NCBI GenBank assembly: GCA_963762255.1
Contig: CAVXKA010000002.1
Span: forward strand, 544,001 to 608,000
Direction: 5' to 3'
Source: Candidatus Eiseniibacteriota bacterium
GTDB lineage: Bacteria > Eisenbacteria > RBG-16-71-46 > JABDJR01
Length of the DNA stretch: 64,000 bases
A program made the position numbers and the translations under genes. Positions 8,705 to 18,739 of this stretch are shown here, one piece after another. Under the pieces are notes generated by a model that did no database searches, had not been told where the DNA came from, and saw only the letters and a list, made by a program, of their open reading frames with translations. Position 1 is the first letter of the stretch, and every line of letters starts with the position of its first letter.

Positions 8705-11278
8705 TCATCGGACCGTCCCCCCGCGCACCGGTTGCTGCCACCATGCGAATCCGGACGCGACCACGTCGAGCGGGTCAAGGAGTTCACTCCGACCCGGGAT
8801 GGCGAGGCGGCCGCGATGGATTCGCAGCAGCCGCTCGTCGAGGTCCGCCCAGTCGCAAAGGGCCGCGGTGAGGAGCTCGGGGCGCGCGCTGTCGGCTTGG
8901 CCCAGGGTAACCCTGAGCGCAAGCAGTGGGCGTCCTCCGTCGTCCGGCACCACATCGGCCCGAATCAGGGACGGTCTGGCATTGAAGGTTCGGGTCACCT
9001 CCCCACGCACCTTGGTGACGGGAAGATCGGCGGCGGCCAGGATCCGGGCCACGCCCCGCTCGAGGCGGGCTCGAAGCTCGTCGAAATCCATGCCGCCGAA
9101 CGCGCCGTCGATGAGCACGTCGGGGAAAGAAACCTCGTAGTCGGCGATTTGAATGGCGCTGTTCAAGGACTCGGGATCGGTACGCACCGGCGCGGCGGCA
9201 GTCACCACCAGGCCCTCCGGGAGCATGCGATTGAGGGCTTGCGCGAAGTCCTCCGGCACGTCCCGTGCGAAGGTCACGTCGAAGTACTCCGCTGTGCTCG
9301 TCATGCCGAGCGGCAGCGGCGGCCCGAACGAGACCTTGGGTCGCCGATCCTTGCCCTGGGATGTCGCCACGGGGAGCTGAGCCCGCCGCAGCGCGCGTTC
9401 GAACGCGCGGGTGACGTCGAGATGGGCGGTGAACCGCATGGGTTCGGACTTGGAGAAGCGCAGGCGGTAGCGATCCGCCTGCCGAGCTTCGCGCCCTCGC
9501 GTTCCGCGCCGGGGCCGCCGTCCCGCCGTATCGGCGGGCGCGTCGCGCCCCTCGGAGACGGCTTCCTCACCCGCGTCGCGGGCGGCTTGGCCGTCTCGTT
9601 CCCGGAACTCCCCCCTCTCCCCGCGCTGCGCGGGGGCATGGAGATCGATAAAGGCCCAGGGGGTCGTAGCCGGAGCGCTCCCGAGGGCGGCGCCTGGACC
9701 GCGCCGGGTCCAGGCCTCCTCCCATCGGGGAGCGTCAAAGAGTTCGGCATCCGCCTGATCGCGGACGCCCATTGCGGAGATCTCCTCGATCACGTCGGCG
9801 AGGGCCGCCTCACCCCGCAACAGCGCGGCCTCGACGGCCGCCGCGTGCGGGGAGCGGAGCTGCACCTTCACCTTGGCCCGCTGCAGCCGGCGGCGCCAGG
9901 TCGAGGCGATCTCTTCGCAGGCGCTGGCTTCAATCACGGCCTCACGCTCCCAACGGGTGTGAGGCCGCGGAACGACGGGAACGAGGACGAGAGCGAGCTT
10001 GGGCGCGCGAATTTCCTTGCCGCGCGTCGCCGCCGCCGCCTCCATCGTACTCAGCCATTCCTCGCGATCCGATTCCGTTTCTCCGGGAAGGCCCACGAGA
10101 ACCTGGAATCGCAGAGCCGCCCAACCTCCGCGCCAGGCGGTATCGACGGCCTGCATGAGCCGCTCGCGAGTGAGCGGCCGACCGATCTCCGCCCGCAGCC
10201 GGGCGGAGGGAGCGATAGGCGCGAAGGCGAGAGCCGAACGGCGCCCCTTGCGAAGCTCGCGGGCCGCCGCGGGAGCGAAGGCGGCAAGGTCCACGACGTC
10301 GCTCCGCACTTCCATCCCCTGCGAGCCGAACCGCTGGTTCAGCGCTTCGAGGATAGGTACGAGCTGTGCCGCCGAACTTGCGGCGGTGGACTGGAGCAGG
10401 ATTTCGCTGTGGCCGGTGGCGGCGAGCGCGTTCTCGATGTCGATGAGCAGCGTCTCGATCGAATGCGCGCGCCCCGGAGCCGACTCGAAGGCCGAGTCGT
10501 TCGTTCCGAGCGGGCGTGCCGCTTCCACCGCGAGCCCGTTCACGTCGAGCTCCACGTGGGGCACGAGCGGCTCCCGCGCGCACGAGGGGGGCGCCGCAAG
10601 CCAGCGCGCCGAGACGCGCGCAGGGGGCGCGTTGGAAGGCGCGGGCACATGCCACCCCGCGTCCGCGTCCTGCGCAACGAGGAGCGCCGGCCGGTCGGCG
10701 GCGGTCGAGGCGCGCCACGCGCGCGCGAGGCGCACGATGTCGCCGGCGAAGGCCTCGGGATCCCCTACCATGGCGGCGTCGAAGAACGGCATCGCCGCGC
10801 TCGGAGAGTTTGCGAGCGAACCGGCGAGGAGGACCGCGGGACCGCTGCCGCCGCGTTCGGCGGAGCGAGAGGCCACGCCACCCAGTCGCAGCATGGCCAG
10901 CAGATCGGGGAGTTGGAGCGCGGCGAAGGGAAGCGCGATCAGTGCGTCGTACTCACCGAGCGCGCGCCGCGCACCGAGACCGAAGAGGGGCATGTCGTGG
11001 CGCGGCAGCTCCTGCTCGAGATCGGCGGCGGGAGCGAAGCAGGCATCCACCAGCACCGATTCGTCGCCGGGCGCCTCCTGCCGGAGCGCGTCGAGGAACG
11101 TCGCCGCGGCCGCTCGGGAGAGCGCACGCTCGATCGGCTCGGGAATCACCAAACAGAGACGCGCGCTTGCCGAGTCAAAACCGGCGAGCGCCCCCCCAGG
11201 AAAGGGGGAAAGATATCGGTTTGGTTTGGAGACCCGCGGGAGGACACACTCCTCCAGCCGGTCCAGAACGCATTTCAT
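8705..11278 (-). CDS. Degenerate TIGR03960-like radical SAM domain (no CxxxCxxC) fused to TIGR03936/DUF2344 domain
   Basis: N-terminal VSKPNRY, FAP...PLF motifs; C-terminal YRLRFSK..MRFTAHLD..RALRRA..SFGPPLPLG; typical position upstream of rng-rplU-rpmA. Confidence 0.8.
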   Translation of the reverse strand: MKCVLDRLEECVLPRVSKPNRYLSPFPGGALAGFDSASARLCLVIPEPIERALSRAAAATFLDALRQEAPGDESVLVDACFAPAADLEQELPRHDMPLFGLGARRALGEYDALIALPFAALQLPDLLAMLRLGGVASRSAERGGSGPAVLLAGSLANSPSAAMPFFDAAMVGDPEAFAGDIVRLARAWRASTAADRPALLVAQDADAGWHVPAPSNAPPARVSARWLAAPPSCAREPLVPHVELDVNGLAVEAARPLGTNDSAFESAPGRAHSIETLLIDIENALAATGHSEILLQSTAASSAAQLVPILEALNQRFGSQGMEVRSDVVDLAAFAPAAARELRKGRRSALAFAPIAPSARLRAEIGRPLTRERLMQAVDTAWRGGWAALRFQVLVGLPGETESDREEWLSTMEAAAATRGKEIRAPKLALVLVPVVPRPHTRWEREAVIEASACEEIASTWRRRLQRAKVKVQLRSPHAAAVEAALLRGEAALADVIEEISAMGVRDQADAELFDAPRWEEAWTRRGPGAALGSAPATTPWAFIDLHAPAQRGERGEFRERDGQAARDAGEEAVSEGRDAPADTAGRRPRRGTRGREARQADRYRLRFSKSEPMRFTAHLDVTRAFERALRRAQLPVATSQGKDRRPKVSFGPPLPLGMTSTAEYFDVTFARDVPEDFAQALNRMLPEGLVVTAAAPVRTDPESLNSAIQIADYEVSFPDVLIDGAFGGMDFDELRARLERGVARILAAADLPVTKVRGEVTRTFNARPSLIRADVVPDDGGRPLLALRVTLGQADSARPELLTAALCDWADLDERLLRIHRGRLAIPGRSELLDPLDVVASGFAWWQQPVRGGTVR

Positions 11279-11502
11279 CTATCCGGTGATCCAAAAGACG
11301 ACAGACCGGGACGGGCCCGGGGGGCGCGCGCGGCCGCCGAACCCGGGGGGGTGATGCCGGCGGGAGCCCGGTCGAAGGGCAAACCAAAGTCGGTTAGCAA
11401 AATAGCACGAGATCCTGAATTCCCTCAACGGGTTTCCTTGGGTGCCCGGTTGGGGCCACGGGGGGCGCTCCCCCGCGGCCCTTCTGGGCGTGCCGGCGCC
11501 GG

Positions 11503-12342
11503 TCAGGCCACAGCAAGGGCGACCGGGACCACGGCCCGCGCACCCGCCTCCACCAGCCCCTGGGCGGCGGCATAGATGGTGCTCCCTGTCGTGAGCACAT
11601 CATCGATGAGCACCCAGGCGCGGCCGGCCGCCCAGCCGGGGTGAGTCACCCGAAACGCCGATGCCACGTTGGCCGCTCGGTCGGTCTCCCGCAGGCGGGC
11701 CTGAGGACTTGTGGCGCGACTTCTCTCGAGCAGGTCGGGCACCCAGGGGATCCCCCATCCGATCGCGGCTTCGCGGCCGAGGAGTGCGGCCTGGTTGTAG
11801 CCGCGCTCGCGAAGGCGGGTCCGGTGGAGCGGCACCGCGGTGACGCCGTCTGCATCCAGCGCGGGGATGCGCGCGAGGAGGAGCCTCGCGAGAGCCCGCG
11901 CGAGGTCGTCGCGGCTCTCGTATTTGTAGCTGTGGATGATCGCGTCGAGGGGCTCCTCCATCCACCAGGCCGCGCGGCCGTGCAGGTTCACGTGTTCCGG
12001 ACGGCGACAGTGATAGCCCGCTTCACGGTCGCCCCGGGCGCGTTGTTCGGCGCGGCAGGCGATGCAGATCGGTCCGGCGGGGGCGGCGCGGAGCGCGCGG
12101 CGACAGTCGGTGCAGAGCCAGCGGCCGGACGCGAGCTCGCGCCGACAGCCGGGGCAGAGGGGCGGGAGGAGCGTGTCGATGAGGGTCTGTCGGGCGTTGC
12201 GCGCGACGATGCGCGCGGCGCGGCGGGCGGCGGTGCGAAGGTTGGTGAGACGATCGTCGGCGAGGTCGATGGGCGCGCGGAGCAGGGTGACGCTGCGAAA
12301 GTCGGCGGGATCGGTGGTGCGGCGCAGGGTGATGCGAGGCAT
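11503..12342 (-). CDS. comF: ComF family protein (zinc ribbon + PRTase-like)
   Basis: CPGC/CTDC/CIAC, VPLH..RERGYNQA, LIDDVLTTGST. Confidence 0.88.
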   Translation of the reverse strand: MPRITLRRTTDPADFRSVTLLRAPIDLADDRLTNLRTAARRAARIVARNARQTLIDTLLPPLCPGCRRELASGRWLCTDCRRALRAAPAGPICIACRAEQRARGDREAGYHCRRPEHVNLHGRAAWWMEEPLDAIIHSYKYESRDDLARALARLLLARIPALDADGVTAVPLHRTRLRERGYNQAALLGREAAIGWGIPWVPDLLERSRATSPQARLRETDRAANVASAFRVTHPGWAAGRAWVLIDDVLTTGSTIYAAAQGLVEAGARAVVPVALAVA

Positions 12343-12521
12343 GATCCGTCCTTTCGGACGGGAGATGTCGAGCGGGTTCTCTCATGCTACATCGGCCCGC
12401 ACCGCAGCGTCGATCCGCGCGGACCACCTTACGCCTGTTCGCGGCTTCGCGTGCGCCCGTCGTCCTCGCCGACGGGTCCCCCGCTTCGCGGCCCGTCAAG
12501 CTGCGGTCGACGGGCGTCACG

Positions 12522-13778
12522 CTACGCCGCGGAGGTGCCACCCGGGTGAGCATCGATCCCTGAACCGCGTCGCAGCGGCCACTCCGCAGCCGTCTTGTCC
12601 CGCTCGTGGATCATGCGGTGGCAGGCAGCACACAGAGTGATCAGGTTGTCGGGGTCGTTGGTGCCGCCGTCCGACGCGAGCTATGAGGTGGTGCACGTCG
12701 AGGAAGCGTGCGCTGCCGCAGCCAGCGGTGCGGCAACGATGAGCGTCACGTGCCAAGACCTCGCGGCGTACGGAGGGCGGGATGGTCGCGCGGTTCCTCT
12801 CCCCCTTGCGATGCACGCGCGCATCGCAGAGCGCGGTCTCCAGCGCCTTCACCGCAACCGGCAGAGGACCGCGTCCGGTGGCGATCTCCGCGCGGCCACA
12901 GTCCTCACACTGGCGGATCACGATCTGATAGCGGGGATTCGTTCGAGCGTCACGGCCAGACACTCCACGAGGATCGACGGGCTGAACGCCTCCCCGGAAT
13001 CGATTTCGACCTCCGACTTGCTCACCCGGGTGAGCATCTCGGCCCTCTCGACCCGCGCGAGCATCTCCCATGCGGCGAGGAACAGCTCTTCGCGAGAACC
13101 ACGCGCACCGTTCTTGCGCGCGCTCTCCAGCATCGCTTCATACCGCGCGTATTGCTCGGGCGAGAGCTGGAATGACACCGTAACCGGGACTTCGATCACC
13201 GGGCTCACGACTGCGCCCGCTGCTCCGTCCACCGCATTATGGGTTCCGGCCGCCTGCTCATTCGCCGGGCTGTCAGCGCTGCCGCTCGACAGCAGTTCCC
13301 CCTGCCCTGGCGCCCGCCGCCGCGCCCGAGCGAAGCCCTGCGTCGCCGCCACCCGTCTCTCCAGCTCCCGCCGCCCGGTCTTCTGCGCCTGATCGATCCA
13401 GAAGACCTCCGTCTGCGGCGTGGCCACCTTCACGACCTCCCGAGCCTTGGTCCACGGCACCGCCCCCGAGGCGACCGACTCCTTCAGCGCGGGCAGCGCG
13501 TCGAACGACCGGCACAGTCGCAGGAAGTAGGCTGTGCGCGCCCGCGAGAACTCGAGCCGCGTGCTCGCGTAGTGATAGATGCTCGAGCAACCCAGCTCCA
13601 AGTAGAGCTTCCGGCTCAGGATCTCCCCGAACCAGATCACCGCGTTCTTGCGCGCGGCATCCAGGTCGCTGAGGGCGGAGACGAGGCGCGCTTCAACCTC
13701 AGCGGCTGGCAGCGTGGAGCTTGGAGACGCGTTGCTCACCCGGGTGAGCACGGCGCGATCCGACGTCGAAAATGGCAT
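12522..13778 (-). pseudogene. HNH endonuclease of a DUF222-like repeat family, interrupted by two frameshifts
   Basis: N-terminal LYLELGCSSIYHYA helical domain; second frame CEDCG...IPPSVRREVLARDAHRC..GC..LDVHH; after a +1 shift GGTNDPDNLITLCAACHRMIH. Confidence 0.8.
12536..13750. repeat. Three copies of palindrome TGCTCACCCGGGTGAGCA
   Basis: Perfect copies at 13019-13036 and 13733-13750; copy with a 1-nt deletion at 12536-12552. Confidence 0.9.
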
Positions 13779-13841
13779 TGGCGGACATGATGGTCCCTCC
13801 GTGGACGGGTGGAAGGACGGGGGAGGTGGGTGAGCGAAGTC

Positions 13842-13870
13842 ATTCTATCGCGCGACGGTATCTATTGCAA
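13842..13870 (-). promoter_or_regulatory. Sigma-70-type promoter of the HNH gene
   Basis: TTGCAA-17 nt-TAGAAT in an AT-rich intergenic patch. Confidence 0.65.
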
Positions 13871-14009
13871 CAACAAAAACGCATCACGATCAATAAATGA
13901 ATGGGCAGTTGCGAACGGCTGGCGCTATGGCGCGGGTACATGACACCAGCGGAGTAGGTAATGGATCATGTTGCACCGCAAGCACGATGCCCCGCGCCAC
14001 CCGCCACCC

Positions 14010-15650
14010 TCAGCGCGCGCGTCGAAACGCCACCACGTGAAAGTTGCGCTCGGTGCCCGCCTCCAATTCCATGACCCGCGTGAAGCGCGGATCGTTGCGC
14101 AGCAGCGTGTCGGGCACGTCCCCCCACAGCCGATCGCCGTAGTGGTTCTCCCACAGCACGAGACTTCCGACCGGCGCGCGCTCCAGGTTCTCGCGGGTCA
14201 GCCGCGGCGTGCGCGCGAGGTCATAGCGATCGCGCCCGGTGAGGAACGCGAACCACGGATGGTTCGTGTAGACGATCGCGTCGTCGAGGCCGATCCGACG
14301 CAACTGCTCGATGGAGACCCGAATCGCCGAACGCTCCGGGTCGAGGCCGATCGGCTTCACGGTCATGAGTGCCACCGCCACCGCCGCACCCCCGGCTGCA
14401 GCGGCAAAGTACGCGGCGAAACGTGAAGGGGGGCGCCACCGGAAGTAGACCGCGAGCCCCGCGAGAGCGGCGGTCACCATCCATCTCCACTCCACCCGGC
14501 CCGGCGCGACGATGGCGTGAAAGGTGAGCACGTGCGATAGGAAGACCGCCACGATCGCGGTCCACACGGACGCGAACACGACGAGGCCCCATCGGGTCCG
14601 CTGCGCCGAGCGGAGCCACGCCCCCACGCCCCACGCCGCGACCAGCGCCATCGCGGGGGCGAAGGTCACCACGTGGCGAAGAAAGCCCACGCTCCGTCCG
14701 AACGGGATGGCATCCCACGCAAGCAAACAAAGCACCGCCGTGTGGAGCAAGACCATCGCCGCGGCGAGCGCGGGGAATCCGCCGCGTGCGGGCGGCGCTG
14801 CGGAGCGGTCGCGCTCTGCGGGCTTGGCGGGCCCCGCGGGCTTGACCCCTATGCCGGTCGCAGGCGCCTCGGTGCGCGCGCGCAAGAGCCAAGACACAAG
14901 TGCCCACATGAAGAAGAACAAGACGACCGGGCCGAACGCAACGATCGCATGGCGCAGGTACTGATCGGGGCCGAGACTCAAGAGCGGCTTCTTGCCTCCC
15001 AGCACAAAGACGAAGAGCGGCTCACCGGTCCGGGCGAATCCCGCCAGATTCCACAACAACACCGGCACCACCGCCCCCGCGCGATCGCGCCATCGAACGG
15101 ATCGCCACGCGGCGATCAGCACCAGCACGGTGAGCGCTCCGGCGTCGATACGCGCAAGCGGCAGGAGCCCCGCAAGCCAGACCGCGCGGCCTCGACGCCG
15201 CGCATACCACGCCCACAGCACCGCCGCGACGAGCGCGGCCGCGAAGGGCTCGGCCAGACCGCTGAAGGAAAGCTCGAGCACCATAGGCTGGAAGAAGAAG
15301 AGCAAGGCGGCAACCCAGGGGAAACCGATTCCCGCGGCCCGCGCGGCCAGACCGATCGCCGCCGCGGCGAACGCGGTCACGATGGCCGTCGTGCCCTCGA
15401 CGCCGCCGTACCCGAAGAGCCTGGCCGGCGCCGAGAACGCCGCCACCGGAAGCGGCATCCCCCACCGGTCGAGCAGGAGGGACGGATCCTTCCAGACCTG
15501 ACGCGCCAGGTAGTACCGGTCCACGTCGTCGTCCTGATAGGTACCGGGCGACCGGTTCGCGTAGATGACGGCGATGACAAGACAGGCGAATGCCGCAGCG
15601 AGGATCGGGAGCCGACTGCCGGCGGCGCGGGTTCGGCGGGCGGTCGCCAT
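14010..15650 (-). CDS. Polytopic membrane protein, probable GT-C (ArnT/PMT-like) glycosyltransferase
   Basis: Acidic QDDDVDRY loop after TM1, many TM helices, AEP and LARID motifs. Confidence 0.6.
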   Translation of the reverse strand: MATARRTRAAGSRLPILAAAFACLVIAVIYANRSPGTYQDDDVDRYYLARQVWKDPSLLLDRWGMPLPVAAFSAPARLFGYGGVEGTTAIVTAFAAAAIGLAARAAGIGFPWVAALLFFFQPMVLELSFSGLAEPFAAALVAAVLWAWYARRRGRAVWLAGLLPLARIDAGALTVLVLIAAWRSVRWRDRAGAVVPVLLWNLAGFARTGEPLFVFVLGGKKPLLSLGPDQYLRHAIVAFGPVVLFFFMWALVSWLLRARTEAPATGIGVKPAGPAKPAERDRSAAPPARGGFPALAAAMVLLHTAVLCLLAWDAIPFGRSVGFLRHVVTFAPAMALVAAWGVGAWLRSAQRTRWGLVVFASVWTAIVAVFLSHVLTFHAIVAPGRVEWRWMVTAALAGLAVYFRWRPPSRFAAYFAAAAGGAAVAVALMTVKPIGLDPERSAIRVSIEQLRRIGLDDAIVYTNHPWFAFLTGRDRYDLARTPRLTRENLERAPVGSLVLWENHYGDRLWGDVPDTLLRNDPRFTRVMELEAGTERNFHVVAFRRAR

Positions 15651-15653
15651 GGT

Positions 15654-16877
15654 CTACACCTCGTTCCGCCGCAGCGAGACGTTGATGAGAAGTCCGCACA
15701 AAAACAACACCGTCACCAGGAATGTTCCTCCATAGGATAGGAACGGCAACGGCAGGCCGGTCACCGGCGCGAGTCCCAGCGTCATGCTCACGTTGACTGC
15801 GACATGGAAGACGAAGATGCCGCCGATGCCGACGATCAGTATTCCCCCGAACCGACTTCGAGCCCGGGTGGCGAGGAGGAGGATCCGCTGCACGAGAAGC
15901 GCGAAGAGAAGGAGGACGATCAGGCAGCCGAGGAAACCGAATTCCTCCCCGAGCACGGAGAAGATGAAGTCCGTGTGCTGCTGGGGCAGGAACGCGAGCC
16001 CCTTCTGGGTACCGTCGAGGAATCCCTTGCCGGTGATGCCGCCGGAGCCGATCGCGATCTTGGACTGAATCACCTGGTACCCGGCGCCCACGCGGTCGTG
16101 GTCCGGATTGAGGAAGGTGATCACCCGCTGGCGCTGGTATGGCTTGAGGGAGTTCCAGAGGATGGGAGTCGCCGCTCCAACCGCCATGTTGAGCGCGAGC
16201 ACACCGACCACGATGTTGCGCCGCGCGCGGGAGGCGCTTAACGCGAAAGCCACCGCCCCGAGGAAGAGCAGCCAGACCCAGAGATTGAGGGAGAGGATCG
16301 CGCTCAGGAGCGGCGAGGCAAGGACCAGGATCACCCCGATGGGAAGCCCGGCCCAGAAGAGCATCGGCACCACCGCGGCGGGAATGCTGAGCGAGGTGCC
16401 GAGATCGGGTTCGAGGAGGATCAGCAGAAAGACCCCGCCGGCGACGGCCCCCACCGGCAAAACATGGCTCCATCGTCGGGCGTCGAATCGGGGGCGCGCC
16501 AGCAGGCGCGCGACCAAGAGAATCGTGGCGATCTTCGCTAACTCGGAAGGCTGAAACTGAAAGCCCCCGAAACTGAGCCAGCGCTTCGCGCCCAGGCGTT
16601 CGACTCCGAACACCGGCACCGCCAGCAGCAACACCACGGAGAGGGCGAAGAGGAAGTGGCTGTACTCTTCCCAGAGTCGGAAGGGCAGGGCGGCTCCGAC
16701 GAGGAGCGCCACCAGCCCCAGGGCGACCCAGCTCAGTTGACGGGCGAAGAGGCCGCTCCGTCCCGGAAGCGCGGGCACGTGGCTCGCCGAATAGACCAGC
16801 AGGAGGCCGACGCCGAGGAGGGCGAGCACCGCGAGCACCAGCGGCCAATCCAGATTACGGAGAGAGCGGCGCGCCAT
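15654..16877 (-). CDS. rodA: Rod shape-determining protein RodA
   Basis: GAKRW..FQPSELAK, QSKIAIGSGG, HTDFIFS, PFLSYGG. Confidence 0.96.
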   Translation of the reverse strand: MARRSLRNLDWPLVLAVLALLGVGLLLVYSASHVPALPGRSGLFARQLSWVALGLVALLVGAALPFRLWEEYSHFLFALSVVLLLAVPVFGVERLGAKRWLSFGGFQFQPSELAKIATILLVARLLARPRFDARRWSHVLPVGAVAGGVFLLILLEPDLGTSLSIPAAVVPMLFWAGLPIGVILVLASPLLSAILSLNLWVWLLFLGAVAFALSASRARRNIVVGVLALNMAVGAATPILWNSLKPYQRQRVITFLNPDHDRVGAGYQVIQSKIAIGSGGITGKGFLDGTQKGLAFLPQQHTDFIFSVLGEEFGFLGCLIVLLLFALLVQRILLLATRARSRFGGILIVGIGGIFVFHVAVNVSMTLGLAPVTGLPLPFLSYGGTFLVTVLFLCGLLINVSLRRNEV

Positions 16878-18739
16878 CAGTCCGTGTCCCCTCCCACCTG
16901 CACGAGCAGGGAGTCGGCGACCCCGAAGTACTGGGCGAGGATCTTCCGCGCGACCGGGGCGCACACCGAGCCACCGTGACCGCGGTTCTCGAACACCAGA
17001 GCCAGCGCGACCTCCGGGTTCTCGGCGGGCGCGAACGCGATGAACAACGCATGATCGTAGCCTGGATTCTGCGCGGTGCCGGTCTTGGCCGCGATCGAAA
17101 TCCCCGGAAGCTGCACGGCCCGGGCGGTGCCTTCGGTCACCGCCGCCCGCATCCCCTTGCGCACCTCCCTCACCGCTTGCTGATCGACGGCCAACCGGCT
17201 CGACGACCGCGCCGGCGGCGGCTCCGGGTGGCGGATCTGACGGTGCTCAGGGCCCAGTTCCTTGAGGAGTCTCGGGACCGGGCGCAGGCCGTCCGCCGCA
17301 AAGGTCGCAGTGTACTGGGCAAGTTCGATCGGAGTGACGAGGACTTCACCCTGGCCGATGATCAGGTTCAGCGCCTGTCCCTGGCTCCAACCGTGCTTCC
17401 CGTAACGGCGATCGTAGTAGCCCGAATCGGGAACCAGCCCCCCGCGTTCGCCGGGGAGATCGATGCCGGTCGGCAGCGTCACCCCGAACAACTCGGCGGC
17501 TCGGGCGATACCGTCCACACCGAGGGTGGGCGCCACCTGATAGAAGAAAACGTCGCACGATTGGGCCATGGCGCCTTCCGGATCGAGCGAGCCGTGCCCC
17601 GCGGGCTTCCAGCAACGAAACGACCGGTTGCCGAAGCGGTAGCTGCCGAAGCACGGGCTCAAGCCCTGTCCGGGGTGAACGATTCCCGCGGCGAGGAGCG
17701 CGTACTGGGTGATCGGCTTGAACACAGAGCCCGGCGGGTACGAAGACTGAACCGCGCGATTCAGGAGCGGCGCACCTTCCCGATTGAGGGCGCCCCAGTC
17801 CTCGGGGCTCAGCGGCGAGAAGGCGTTGGGGCTGAAGTCGGGACGGCTGGCCATGGCCAGCACCTCGCCCCGACGCACGTCCATCAACACCCCGGCCCCG
17901 CGCACTTCGGGCGGGTCCCCGCGCCCGTCGTAGCGCGCCTCCGCCATCGCATCTTCCATCACGCGCTGCAGGTCGGCGTCGAGAGTGAGCGTCAGATCGC
18001 GCCCCGCGCGGGGCGGCACCGGCTGCGCCCGGATGAAGACTTCGCTGCGCCGGCCGAGGGCATCCACTTCCACGTAGCGAATGCCGTCCTCGCCGCGCAA
18101 TTGGTCCTCGTATTGGAGTTCGATCCCCGACTTGCCGATCAGCGAACCGGGCCGATAGCCCAGATCGGCCAGCCGGTCCAGGTCCTTCTCGCCGACCTCG
18201 CCGACATAGCCCAGGACGTGCGCGGCCAGCGAGTCGGCGGGATAGTACCGCGCGGGCCGCACTTCCACCGAGACGCCCGGAAGTTCGGCGCGATGCTCCT
18301 CGACACGCGCCACCATGAGCGTGTCGGCGTTGCGCTCGAGGCGAACGGGTTGGTACGAAGAGTTGGCGTCGCGGGTGAGGGTGTGCCGATAGTGCTCGGC
18401 GTCCCCCCCCACCAGCTCGGCAAGCCGGGTGAGAGTGGCCTCGAGGCGCTCGGGATGCCGAACGAAACGCTTGTGGTGCGGATCCACGACGATCGAAAAC
18501 GCGGGGACCATGTCCGCGAGGACCACGCCCTTGCGATCGAGGATGCGTCCGCGAGGGCCGCGAAGATACTCCGGCCTCAGCCAATTCCGCTCGGACAGCT
18601 CGCGGCTGCGATCCGAGTACACCACTTGCAGGAAGAAGAGACGGGCGACGATCGTAGCGAGCACGCCCAGCGCCACCAGGCCCAGAAACAGCGCCCGCTC
18701 GCGACGGTCGCTACCGTTTGACGAATATCTTCGGCGCAT
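16877..18739 (-). CDS. mrdA: Penicillin-binding protein 2
   Basis: PRGRILDR, PGSVFK (SxxK), SCD, KTGT; lies between mreD and rodA. Confidence 0.95.
   Translation of the reverse strand: MRRRYSSNGSDRRERALFLGLVALGVLATIVARLFFLQVVYSDRSRELSERNWLRPEYLRGPRGRILDRKGVVLADMVPAFSIVVDPHHKRFVRHPERLEATLTRLAELVGGDAEHYRHTLTRDANSSYQPVRLERNADTLMVARVEEHRAELPGVSVEVRPARYYPADSLAAHVLGYVGEVGEKDLDRLADLGYRPGSLIGKSGIELQYEDQLRGEDGIRYVEVDALGRRSEVFIRAQPVPPRAGRDLTLTLDADLQRVMEDAMAEARYDGRGDPPEVRGAGVLMDVRRGEVLAMASRPDFSPNAFSPLSPEDWGALNREGAPLLNRAVQSSYPPGSVFKPITQYALLAAGIVHPGQGLSPCFGSYRFGNRSFRCWKPAGHGSLDPEGAMAQSCDVFFYQVAPTLGVDGIARAAELFGVTLPTGIDLPGERGGLVPDSGYYDRRYGKHGWSQGQALNLIIGQGEVLVTPIELAQYTATFAADGLRPVPRLLKELGPEHRQIRHPEPPPARSSSRLAVDQQAVREVRKGMRAAVTEGTARAVQLPGISIAAKTGTAQNPGYDHALFIAFAPAENPEVALALVFENRGHGGSVCAPVARKILAQYFGVADSLLVQVGGDTD

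Noticed and set aside
8576-11575. 999-aa plus-strand ORF and many similar long antisense ORFs
   Set aside because: Shadow frames of GC-rich genes on the opposite strand, with no recognisable motifs
12536-13750. Palindrome copies as a CRISPR array
   Set aside because: Only three copies, 480-710 bp apart, inside a coding region, and no cas genes
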